From Octopus vulgaris (lineage: Eukaryota): 64,000 bases of DNA. Numbering within the stretch: the first letter of the stretch is position 1; each line of letters begins with the position of its first letter. The stretch spans positions 165,726,001-165,790,000 of the forward strand of contig OX597816.1 of the NCBI GenBank assembly GCA_951406725.2, written 5' to 3'. Both the position numbers and the translations under genes were made by a program. Shown here in pieces: positions 53,389-64,000 of the stretch. A model generated the notes under the pieces. It was not told the origin of the DNA and searched no databases. It saw only the letters and a program-made list of their open reading frames with translations.

Positions 53389-53521
53389 TGTTATTTAGAG
53401 ATAGAAGTCCCCATGCAATTCATCAAATCCTAATATACATCACACCTTATCATAGAATTTTATTTTAATTCTTACTATAAGATTTGATGAATTGCATGGG
53501 GACTTCTATCTCTAAATAACA
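53389..53521. repeat. Perfect 41-bp inverted repeat with 51-bp spacer
   Basis: 53389-53429 is the exact reverse complement of 53481-53521. Confidence 0.92.
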
Positions 53522-53541
53522 TAATATATATATATATATGT

Positions 53542-53583
<42 letters not shown>

Positions 53584-54185
53584 TTGTGTATTTGTCTTGT
53601 ACTCTGTTTTTACGTTTTCGTTTCTCGTTGAGTTCTACGTCTATTTGTGGTGTCCTGTACACACGTATATATATGCTTGTGCGTGTATAAATATATGTAG
53701 GTATGTATGTATATATGTATGTATATATGTTTCTAATTCTTAAGTTATATATGGCTTCGCCATACAAGTTAGTCTCTATCTACTCTCATGAATGGTTGAC
53801 TTTTATATGGAAACCTTTGCTCAAAGAGATATACACCATATGCATCAATATGCCTAGCTATTCTAAGAACAGCTGAAAGAAACTTTAAGCATAATTTCTT
53901 AATCCCTTATTTTCTACTCTTAACAACTCTGCAGTTAGGTTTAAATTACAAATTACATGGTCTAAAGTGATACCAAATGCTTTACTCATTTTTACTTTCT
54001 TTCTTTCTTTCTTTCTTTCTTTATAATATATATTTACCGCTCAATGAGGAGCCACTTATAGCCGCTCATTGCTGTGAACTATATCACTGTTTTTGTTTTA
54101 GCTGTAGTTCAAGTCGAAGTTTTAGTGATACACCAACCCGAGCACTAATCTTACATATCTATTACATTACATCATTAGACGCAAT

Positions 54186-54230
<45 letters not shown>

Positions 54231-54315
54231 ATATATATATATATGTATGAATTTTTTTGCGTAATGAGATAAAAAACCAAAGTTGTATAGATACTAGAGC
54301 ATTTATAGATAGAAG

Positions 54316-54370
54316 GTCTTACAGCTGTTTCTAGAATATTAATTAATAATAATATCCCTTCATCGGAGAC
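54316..54370 (-). ncRNA. Hammerhead motif (U4C family) in a (TA)n-flanked solo module (~54262-54386)
   Basis: Minus strand: GTCT-CCGATGA-a-GGGATATT..AATATTCT-a-GAAAC-AGCT-GTA-AGAC. Confidence 0.72.
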
Positions 54371-54695
54371 GGTGTGAGAGGAAAAGTTATATATATATAT
54401 ATATATATATCGTTAAAGGATGTATCAGGGAAATATCCGAAGAAACAGTTCTTTTCAGCCAAAATTCTTTGAGGTAATTGCTCTGCAACGAATACCAGAC
54501 ACTGCCTTATCAATCTTAGCATTAGAAATTTAGTAAAGATGCCTCATCAAACAAAAAAAAATGGTTACAAGATATATAGAAAACATATTTGTTAACCATC
54601 TCTGTAATCATGGTAAAATTCACGTTATCTCAAATGTAACTCAAATCTGTCTGTCTGTCTGTCTGTCTGCCTGTCTGTCTGCCTGTCTGTCCCTG

Positions 54696-54746
<51 letters not shown>

Positions 54747-54768
54747 GTCTGTCTATCTATCTATCTAT

Positions 54769-54814
<46 letters not shown>

Positions 54815-55157
54815 ATCTAGCTATCTATCTGTGCGTGTGTCTATGTGCGCAGGTGCATGTGTATGCCCCCCCCGTGTTTGTGTGTATGAGTGCGTATGTG
54901 TGAGTGTGTGCGTATGTGTGTGTATTTGTGTGTGTGTGCGCGCGCATGAGCGTGTAGTGTTAAGGAGAGGTACGTTGCTCTGTTAACGAATTTTTTAATC
55001 AGAAGATGGAATATTCTCCATTAGCTTTTACCAGTGACAAATATAAATCTTCTGTCAGTAGACGCAAAACCTGCATCAGTCAGCTCTTGATAATACTTCA
55101 GCTTTGAATCTTCACCGCCCAACATCCGTATTCAATCAGTATTTATTCATTTATTTA

Positions 55158-55600
55158 AAGGCAGAGAGTTGGCAGAAACGTTAGCAACCCGGGTAAAATG
55201 CTTATCGGTATTTCGTCTGTCTTTACGTTCTAAGTTCAAATCCGCCGAGGTCGACTTTGCTTTCCATCTTTTTGGGGTCGATAAATTAAGTACGAGTTGC
55301 GCACTTGGGTCGATCTTATCGACTGGCTCCCCCCCCCCCAAAAAAAAATTTGGGGCCTTGTTCTTTGAGTAGAAAAGAATATTCTTTAAGGCGGCGAGCC
55401 GGCAGAAACGTTAGCACGCCAGGCGAAATGCTCAGTGGTATTTCGTCTTTGTGCTCTGAGTTCAAATTCCGCCGACGTCGACTTTGCCTTTTCATCCTTT
55501 TAGGGTCGATAAATCAAGTACCAGTTGCATATTGGGTTCGATCTAATCAACTGGCCCCGCCCTCAAAATTTCTGTCCTTATGCCTAGAGTAGAAAAGAAT
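55158..55600 (+). mobile_element. Two adjacent Meta-type SINEs
   Basis: Family consensus twice. Confidence 0.9.
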
Positions 55601-56185
55601 ATTTATTTATTTATCAATCATATTTATCTGTGTTGTTGCTCTCTCTGTCCTATGACCAAAGATCTTCCGACCGTAACTCTTCCATTATTTATATTTTCTC
55701 AAAGAATCTATATTTGATACTATATTATTTAGTATGACCTATTAAAAGACGATAGTGTATACTTTTAAGAAGAATTAGCAGTTATTTTTAGCAGGTCGAG
55801 TAACGTAACAACGTGTAGGCTGCTTTTATTGGTTCGTTTGATTTTCTCCATACGGAACCAGCGGAATAGAACATTAATGATCAATTGAGCAAAAATTAAT
55901 TTCTGCAGGAAGAAATTAGCGATATCTTCCTCCTTAGATGAAGCTTTTAGGCTTATCCGCTTCCATATATGGCTTCTTCGACCAGGCGAATTTCTTTAAA
56001 AAAATTTTAAGATATTTATTGATTATACAGTGTCTAGTGTCTATGCTTCTTAGAAAGTCGATTGCAGAACTACTTTGAGACAAGTCTGGCCTTTAAAATC
56101 ACAGGTGCATTCCATCTTATAGGATTCTAAACAGTTTCCGCTTACCCAGTACCCAACGTTATGGTAAAAGGCGCTTATCTAAAGC

Positions 56186-56522
56186 CAGGGGTCACCAAAC
56201 TATGGCTCGTGGGCTGGATCTGGTCCACGGGGTCAGTTCATCCGGCCCGCCACTGCACTGTACCTTTTGTGTAAGTGCCTGCAGTGAGAGTTCATTTGCC
56301 TCTGGTATGGCATCAGTGTTTGGAACAACTTATGTCTGTGAGCAAACATTTTCAAAAGTGAAGAATGTGAAGTCAGCACATCGAACGAGGTTGACTGATG
56401 AACAGTTGAAAGCAATTTTCTTGGTTGGATGCAGCAATTCCAAAACAAATATTGATGATACCTTAAAAGCTAAACACCAGTTTCACAAATCTCACAAACC
56501 TTTTTTGGTGCTTAGTTTGTAA
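56186..56522 (+). mobile_element. hAT (Charlie/SPIN-like) relic: TIR plus transposase C-terminal dimerisation domain
   Basis: CAGGGGTCACCAAACT terminus; SVFGTTYVCEQTFSKVKNVKSAHRTRLTDEQL. Confidence 0.85.
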
Positions 56523-57605
56523 GATTCAGATATATGCATATTAGGTGGGATATAACTATCTTATTGCTAATGACGCCTCCTTAGAACAACGTTTTGTAAA
56601 TAAATTCTTTTATTCCTTTATTCTTTTACTTGTATCAAGCTCTTATAAATGAACTTGACATAAACATTCAATTTACCACCGATGTTGGTGTGTTTATGTC
56701 CCTGTAACTTATCGGTTCGGCAAAAAGGACCGATATAATAAGTACCAGGATTACAAAGAATAAGTCCTGGGGTCGATTTCTTCGACTAAAAGGCGGTGTT
56801 CCAGCATGACCGCAGTCAAATGACTGTAGAAAGGATTATTATTAATATTAGAAATAATGACAATCATTGCTACTGTAGATACAAAGCCCGAAATTTTAAG
56901 GAAGGGAATTAGTCGATTACATTGCTTGACTGGTACTTATTTTATCAACTCTGAAAGGATGAAAGACAGTCAACCACGGCGGAATTTGAACTCAGAACGT
57001 AAGGAATATCATCACTACGCATCCCATTCAGCGGGCTAACGATTCTGCCAGCATGTCGTGCAATATCTATGCAAAGAAAAACAATTTTGGATTGCACACG
57101 ACTCCTGTGTATAAAGGTAAATTTCCCTACGCAAGAATATTAAAGAAAAATTATCTCAAGAATCCTCTTAGGAACTGTAAAAGTTAATATTGGCGACAGG
57201 GCATCGAAGATAGATTTCTGGTTTTTGATTTCAGAAGTAAAAAATATTGTTTTACAGCGAAAAACTACGAAGCATAGAATAGAAATGATAAAACATATAT
57301 ATCTTTCTATTGAATTTAACTGGAACTGAAGTCCCAAATCGATTTGAAGATTGATTTACATTCTATGGAAGATGTTTTATAAGTTGCCAAATATATTGGC
57401 ATCTTCTTTTGAGATTTTTTGTTATCAAGATTTTAAAGTTTGCTTTGATACTGGCGCGTCTAGGATTTAGAGGTTAACATGAGGCTTGGTATCCAATATC
57501 TAAATGTTGTAAAAAGCTGAGACGAGGTGACGGCTGCATAGGGATGGTCATTTCGATCCGTTCAGTGTTGCTTATAAAGACAATTCACTCTTTATAAAAA
57601 GCCAC

Positions 57606-57980
57606 GGAGGCGCAATGGCCTTGTGGTTAGGGTAGCGGACTCGCGGTCGTAGGATCGCGGCTTCGATTCCCAGACCGGGCGTCGTAAGTGTTTATTGAGC
57701 GAAAACACCTAAACCTCCACGTGCACCTAGGCGAAAACACCTAAACCTCTAGCAGTGAGTGGTAGCAAACCCTGCATATTCTTTCACCACAACTTTCTTC
57801 CTGTTTCAGTTGTACCTGTATTTCAAAGGGCCAGCCTTGTCACAGTCTATGTCACGCTGAATCATTAAGGGCACACGTGTCTGTGGTGTGCTCAGACACT
57901 TGCACGTTAATTTTACGAGCAGGCTGTTCCGTTGATCGGATCAACTAGAACCCTTGTCGTCACAACCGACGGAGTACCAC
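57606..57980 (+). mobile_element. tRNA-derived SINE (family B)
   Basis: ggaggcgcaatggccttgtggttaggg...ttcgattccc. Confidence 0.9.
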
Positions 57981-58119
57981 AAGAATAAAGAGCTAATGAG
58001 GGAGTCTTTACGTGGCCTCACAGCCTGTTAAAAACAACAACCAGCTTCTTTTTACACATAGGCGAGGGATATGCTGTAAAAATAATCATGACTTTGCTCT
58101 AGCAGGGTTGATCTGGGGC

Positions 58120-58268
58120 CAGACAACAACTGCAGCAGCAGCGGCGGCGGTGGCAGGAGTGGCGGCAGTGGCGGGAGCAGCGGCGGCAGCAACAGCTGCA
58201 GCAGCAACAGCTGCAGCAGCAACAATAGTGACAACAACAGCAGCACTAACAGTAACATCAACAGCAAA
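58120..58268. repeat. Degenerate (GCA/GCG/ACA)n trinucleotide tract
   Basis: Read directly. Confidence 0.85.
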
Positions 58269-58395
58269 AGCTTGCTCAGGTCATATGCTTATGTAAAAAT
58301 GCTAATTTAACATGGCTGAATAAAAGGTTTTATATATATATGTAAAAGGAGTTTGATAACGCCACTATATAAGATAAATTTTAACTTTCTGAGAG

Positions 58396-58443
58396 ATTTT
58401 ACATGTTTCGGTTCTTCTTGTAAAAACGAACCTTATCAAAAAT
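58396..58443 (-). ncRNA. Minimal hammerhead with compensatory U3-A8 core
   Basis: Minus strand: ATTT-TTGATAA-GGTTC..GAACC-GAAAC-AT-GTA-AAAT. Confidence 0.72.
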
Positions 58444-58692
58444 ATTTTTAAAAGTTAAGTGTAATAATAAAGTTCATAATTGTATCTTACTAGTCTGAAC
58501 AGATTCCACGTGGTGGTGTTTTGTGTGTGTGTGTGTGGGGGGGAGCATAATCATTGGCTGTTATATTACAGCCAACAATTCTAGTCAACGCACAAGACAG
58601 CCTGTTCCCCACCACAAAACACCACTACGTGGACTCTGTTGAACCTCGTTAGAAACAATTATAAACTTTTTTATTAAACTTAACTTAAAAAT

Positions 58693-58738
58693 ATTTTTGA
58701 TAAAGTTCGTTTTTACAAAAAGAACCGAAACGTAAAAT
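58693..58738 (+). ncRNA. Minimal hammerhead with U3-A8 core (second arm)
   Basis: ATTT-TTGATAA-aGTTC..GAACc-GAAAC-GTA-AAAT. Confidence 0.65.
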
Positions 58739-58821
58739 CTCTCAGAAAATTAAAAATTTATCTTATACAGTGGCGTTTTCAAACTCCTTTTTTATAAATA
58801 TATTACCCACTCGTATGCCAC

Positions 58822-58901
<80 letters not shown>

Positions 58902-58944
58902 AATACACACACATATATATGTATATATGTGTGTGTATGTGTGC

Positions 58945-59142
58945 GTGTGTTTGTTCCCTCATCACCACTTGATAACAGATGTTGGTGTGTTTACGTCCCC
59001 GTAACATAGCGGTTTGGTAACGAGATTCCGATAGAATAAGCACTAGGCTTAAGAAGTAGGTCCTAGGGTCGATTTATTCGAGCAAAGCCCTTCAAGGCGG
59101 TGCTCCAACATGGCCGCAGTCAAATGACTGAAACAAGTAAAA
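58945..59142 (+). mobile_element. SINE family A 3' half
   Basis: gttggtgtgtttacgtccccgtaac...tgactgaaacaagtaaa. Confidence 0.85.
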
Positions 59143-59257
59143 TAATATATATGTGTATGTGTGTGTATATATATATATATATGTATGATAGATCGTTAGC
59201 CACTACACACATTTTTTTTCTTTCACCTTGTTTCTCTCCTTGTTTTTTTCTTTGCCC

Positions 59258-59293
59258 CTTTCTGTAGAAGAGCATAGGCTCGAAACGTAAAAG
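59258..59293 (+). ncRNA. Minimal hammerhead motif, CUGUNGA core variant
   Basis: CTTT-CTGTAGA-A-GAGC atag GCTC-GAAAC-GTA-AAAG, in a (TA)n-flanked module ~59185-59390. Confidence 0.68.
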
Positions 59294-59889
59294 ACTTTTT
59301 CTATTCCTGAGCGTTATACTAATACATCTGTTTGTTTTGTACACCACCTGTCTTCGTCTTTTGTTTTGTTTTTGTAAACTCTCCCTATATATAAATGTAT
59401 ATGTATATATAAATATATGTATATATGTGTGTGTGCGTGTGTGTGTATACATGCATATGCGTATGTGTATATGCGTATACATGCACATACATACGTACAC
59501 ACATGCATGCATATATATATGTTTCTCAGTCAAGCAATCAATATAATCGAATACTCCCTTACCTAAATGTGTCTTAATCTCTTGTCTCTCAAGATTTCGA
59601 TAAACCTAGCAATATCCTTGAGAAAAACATGAACTACACATTTTCTGACACCGCAAACCCTGTGTTTGTTCAGGTAAGCAATCGAATAAATACTTTGATT
59701 TACGTTCCTTTGTGTCGTAGTTTTATCCATTCGATAAAGAAATATCGATAAATTAACCGACAGACAGAGCACATAAAAAAAACGTTCGAGGCTGGTGCAC
59801 TGGCATGGCCGCAGTTCGAATAAAACTGAAACCAATGTAAGAATAATAGAATAATAGAATATAAGAATAAAAGGATGATTTTTCCTGAA

Positions 59890-60249
59890 AATATTTCGTT
59901 TTTGGATTTAGTCTGCAAGATTCTTTATGTGAGTTCGTGTGTTGAAGCATATTCTGTTGTGTCTGGGGAGAGTTATTTTCTTTTTGTGCCTTATAATGTA
60001 ACACACTCACCGGTAAAATTTCCACTTATTTCTTATTTTTATTTTCCTAAAATTTTCGTTGCGTCTTGCAACCTTTTCAGTGGTCTTGACTCTTTCCTAA
60101 AATTTTCGTTGGGTCTTGCAACCTTTTCAAGTCTTGACTCTCAGAGTCAAGACTATTGAAAAGGTTCCAAGACGTGGAAATTTTGCCGGTGAGTGTGTTA
60201 CATTATAAGGCACAAAAAGAAAATGACCTTCCCCAGACACAACAGAATT
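59890..60249. mobile_element. Fold-back module with a tandem 50-bp hammerhead-like unit at its centre
   Basis: Arms share attctgttgtgtctgggg...ccggtaaaatttccac; duplicated unit ~60043-60092/60093-60141. Confidence 0.8.
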
Positions 60250-60311
60250 TCATGAAAATATTCTCTAAACTGGAGTTTAAAACTGTTTATTAGAAAACCG
60301 GTCGAAAACAA

Positions 60312-60701
60312 AGATGGTAAGATACGACCAAAGAATGAAGTGTTACCATCAGAATAGATTATTCAGAGGAGATCAGAAGAGATTCTATAAAGAAAGAAAT
60401 GGAGAGTGTACAGGTGAAAAGTTGATAACAGATAACAATGAGAATCAAAAGTTTTGAAGTGACATCTGGAGCAAAGACAAAGATCACAAGAAAGATGCTG
60501 AATGGTCGCAAGAACTGAAACAAACAGTAGTCTGTCCAAAACAGGCAGAACTAGTCATTTCAGTTTGGGAAGTGAAGGAAATCAGCAAAAAATGAGCAAC
60601 TGGAAGGCCCTGGACCAGATGAAGTTCAAGGCAACTAGATCAAAAGATTTGGTGAATGTCATGCACGAATAGCTGCGCAACACAACACTTTGTTAAATGC
60701 T
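60312..60701 (+). mobile_element. Internal fragment of the R4/Dong element (same family as 22576-24490)
   Basis: Matches the reverse complement of ~24039-24428. Confidence 0.88.
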
Positions 60702-61956
60702 TCTTGTGGAAAGGATGCGTTCCGATGGTCAGGCGATCCGTTTGCTGCCAACACCTGTTAAAAGGAAGGCTGGGCAAGCCGTGGTTGATGATGCGCAGAC
60801 ACGCGCTGAGACTGCGACATCTCCGGCTCTACGACGGTGAACAGGTGTGGTCGCCGTTTGTGAGGCGCGCTTTCCCGCGGCTCGTCTTCATGACCGAACT
60901 GCAGTCGTGGATCAAAAAGTGGCCGAGGAAGGGCGAATGGCACCGCGAGTGTTGCGTTGCCCCCAAGCAACTATGCAGTCCCGGAACGACCTTGAGCGAC
61001 TTCAACACAACCAAAGCATTCTATAGGGGATTAGTGGAGGGGAGGTACGAAGACGATCTCGGGGCGAACGTGGGCGTCGACGAGGAATACCTGACCTCGC
61101 TGTTCGAGACGACTTTCGGGCCGGGACCTATGGACAACTTCCAGAGATCCCTGGCCTGGCAGTGCTATCGAGAAACGCTACCCGTTCGGGATATGCTCAG
61201 CAGGCATGGCTCGAGAAACACGGGGTCGACCTGTCCGAGATGCGGTCAGAGTGACGAAACCGTTCTGCACGCACTCGTACAGTGTCCAACCATTTCCGAC
61301 CTGTGGACCTGTGTCAAACGACTGCTATCGCGTGTGGGACGAGTCGGTTTATCAACCGAGTCTATCGTGAATATTGTCGCGCCTCCTTCCTTCAAACGGG
61401 AAGGGAGAGCCATTTTCATCGTACTTGTGGCTATGGCGAGAGAATGTGTATGGTGGACGCATCTGACAGGTCTAGAGACAAACACTTTCTTTTGTGGGGA
61501 ATCTCTCATCAATTTCTTCAAGTATCATTTGAAGAGGAAGGTGAGAGTAGAGAGGGAAGTTTTGTCTAGTGAATGCTTCAAAAAAAGATGGGTGAATGTA
61601 GCAAGGATGGCACGTTTGAAAGACGAAGCCACCTTGAGCATAATCCTATGAAGCAAAAAAAAAGAAAGGAAAAAAGAGTCACTTACTATAATGTGTTTTT
61701 TTGCACGACATTATTGCCCGAGGTTACCGTGGTCTTTTCCATAGGCTTTTCTTTCCACGGATAAACCTAATCTGTTTCCCCTTTTTACTTCATAACATTT
61801 CTGTGATACACGATCCCTATTGATCGTTTTTTTAACGATCCCTTTTGATCGAATTTCTACCCCGCTTTCCTTTTTTTTCCTTCTCTTCCTAAAAAGAAAA
61901 GCTCTTCTTTGTAGTTTGTCCCCTCTGTATTCAACCCTGTATGGCCAATAAAGAAA
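60702..61956 (+). mobile_element. 5'-truncated Tx1/L1-clade LINE: ORF2 C-terminus with zf-RVT, plus 3' UTR
   Basis: Open frame FLWKG...GRLGKP...LAWQCYRETLPVR...CPRCGQSDETVLHALVQC, stop at 61651; AATAAA at 61947. Confidence 0.9.
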
Positions 61957-62015
61957 CAGCTATCTATCTATTTAAATATTTATCTATCTATGCAACTCTT
62001 TCTCTCTCGCTAGTT

Positions 62016-62047
<32 letters not shown>

Positions 62048-62061
62048 TACACATGTGTATA

Positions 62062-62436
62062 TTCTTTTATTTGTTTCAGTCATTTGACTGCGGCCATGCT
62101 GGAGCACCGCCTTTAGTCGAGCAAATCGACCCCAGAACTTATTCTTTGTAAGCCTAGTATTTATTTTATCTGTTTCTTTTTGCCGAACCGCCAAGTTACG
62201 GGGACGCAAACACACCATCGTCGGTTGTCAAGTGATGGTGGACTCACACACACACATATATATATATATATACGATGGGCTTCCTCCAGTTTCTGTCTAC
62301 CAAATCCACTCACAAGGCTTTGGTCGGCCCGAGGCTATAGTAGAAGACACTTGCTCAAGGTGCCATGCAGTGGGACTGAACCCGGAACCATGTGGTTGGT
62401 AAGCAAGCTACTTACCACACAGCCGCTCATGCGCCT
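62062..62436 (-). mobile_element. Full-length SINE family A
   Basis: Reverse complement of 10950-11369. Confidence 0.9.
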
Positions 62437-63278
62437 TTATATGCGTATTTGACACTGACTGAGTTGCCCTAAGACCGCCACGTCGAAAGGAATTCAGAAT
62501 ATCAGCGCCAAGCATTATGTAGTCAGCAAGCGAACTTTAGGTTAATTGAAATATATTTGTAACAAATTTCAACTTCTAAGACAAATTCAGTGCAGTTAAT
62601 GCGGAGAAAAAAAACATCTCAATTATGTTCAAATGTGTAAGCACACCATATCTAACAGCACAACTGAGCCAATGTTGTTGACTGTGTTTTAGTTAAGGCC
62701 ACGGCTTTAAATCTGTCCAGAGTTACTGTTCTTCGGTATTTCTCATTGATGATGGACAAAGAGCTAGAAACACTGCGTTTGCGAACCCGACAGGAGGCAA
62801 CACTAGGTTGATGTGGTGCTTTTACACCTTTTACTATGAGGGAGAATTATTTCTTCGCGTACAGGTCGGCCAGATTTCTTTCAACGTCTAGAGGTTTTCC
62901 TGGGAACGTCTTTTAGTGGGGGGTTGAAACGCTACCCTGGACACGCATCTAGACTACGTGGGCAGAGATAGTAAATGGAAGGGGTGTAAATGCTTCAAAG
63001 ACCTGCTCAGACATTTTCAGCTGTCTGACAGGTACCGACTGGATCACCTGAATGTGCAAGTGCGGACATAGAGCAACCGCATCGGGTTCTCCAGATTGCA
63101 TTTAGATAGAGTATTCTGTAGAAAACTTCGTGTAATAATTTCACAACGCCTAGCAAACACAGCCAGACTGAAATAATTAATGCATTCTTCCAGCTGTGAA
63201 TAAAAAAATTCGCAAACTTGAGGGGATGGGCCCCCAGCCAATAAACCTTTTCTATTTTCTCTCCCTGTTTATTTCTGT

Positions 63279-63318
63279 GTTTTTCTGTCGAAGAGCGTAG
63301 GCTCGAAACGTAAAAGAC
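63279..63318 (+). ncRNA. Minimal hammerhead motif, CUGUNGA core variant
   Basis: GTTTTT-CTGTCGA-A-GAGC gtag GCTC-GAAAC-GTA-AAAGAC. Confidence 0.68.
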
Positions 63319-64000
63319 TTTCTCACATCCCGAGCGTTAAATTCACAACACAGCAAACATTGTGCTGTATCAGTATGAAAAGATGTTCATGCATTACAAT
63401 TAATATATAGAAGCAGTAAGAGCAAAATAGTATAATACGACATACAAGTGAAATGTTTATTCAAAGATTAATATCGGGCTGTTTTAACGTAATGATTAAA
63501 TATACAAGTGCCGTGTCATGTCTGCCGCTCCAATCTCTTCGATTGAGTATATAGCTGTTAAAAGAGCTAAAGAGTAGACAAATCGAAGGTTGAGCCCAAA
63601 CACTCTGAAACTGACGCCTTTTATGACTTTATTTATAGGCTGTGCTCATGAAAAGATTTAGACAAGCTAAGAAGCTATCACGTGAAAAATAAACCACTGA
63701 TTGGACCGGAACTCAGCTGCGCACATGATCAAAACTTAGTTGAATTTGACTTGAAATTCTTATGTGGCAAGCGCGAGTTCCTGTCCTGCTACGTATTTCA
63801 TGATTGGTTGTTCACCTTCAAATGTTAAACACCCTCGAATGGCTAGACAGATGTTCATATTTTGCTTAGTCAGTGATGTCATTAAAAAATTAACCATCAG
63901 CCATTTCAGTGTGGAATATGGTTTGTGTCTGATTTAAATAGCGATTGATAACAAGTTTTGTTCTGAGGTGTAAAAGTTTAGGTTACTTATTCACTAAAAG

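Larger units (their letters stand above)
58344..58791. mobile_element. Fold-back module (~190-bp arms) with a U3-A8 hammerhead in each arm
   Basis: Arms 58344-58542 and 58607-58791; flanked by (TA)n. Confidence 0.85.

Noticed and set aside
58012-58296. Poly-Ala/Gln exon
   Set aside because: Trinucleotide repeat with no convincing splice sites or non-repetitive coding context
62460-64000. Possible gene or promoter in less repetitive sequence (CACGTG, ATTGG motifs)
   Set aside because: Short motifs expected by chance; no supported ORF or exon structure

Overview
Eukaryotic, AT-rich, microsatellite-saturated non-coding DNA. The repeat families look cephalopod, probably Octopus (inference from recalled SINE consensus; not verified). 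I can support no host protein-coding gene; nearly all listed ORFs are microsatellite or SINE artefacts. The window holds dozens of tRNA-derived SINE copies (about 4 families) and decayed non-LTR retrotransposons: R4/Dong-type REL elements in (TAA)n tracts, an RTE, a Tx1/L1-type 3' end and a Penelope GIY-YIG remnant. It also holds non-autonomous Helitron-like elements, hAT/Tc1-like relics, a 56-bp minisatellite and a ~3 kb duplication across an assembly gap that is probably artefactual. The most interesting signal is about a dozen minimal type-I hammerhead ribozyme motifs in short, microsatellite-flanked, often fold-back (inverted-repeat) Penelope-like modules. Several families carry non-canonical catalytic cores (compensatory U3-A8, U4C, A6U with a free N7) or ~100-nt extended stem II, and nearly all have palindromic stem III that would allow dimeric cleavage. 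In addition, the tail of one SINE subfamily matches the 3' end of the Tx1-like LINE in this window.
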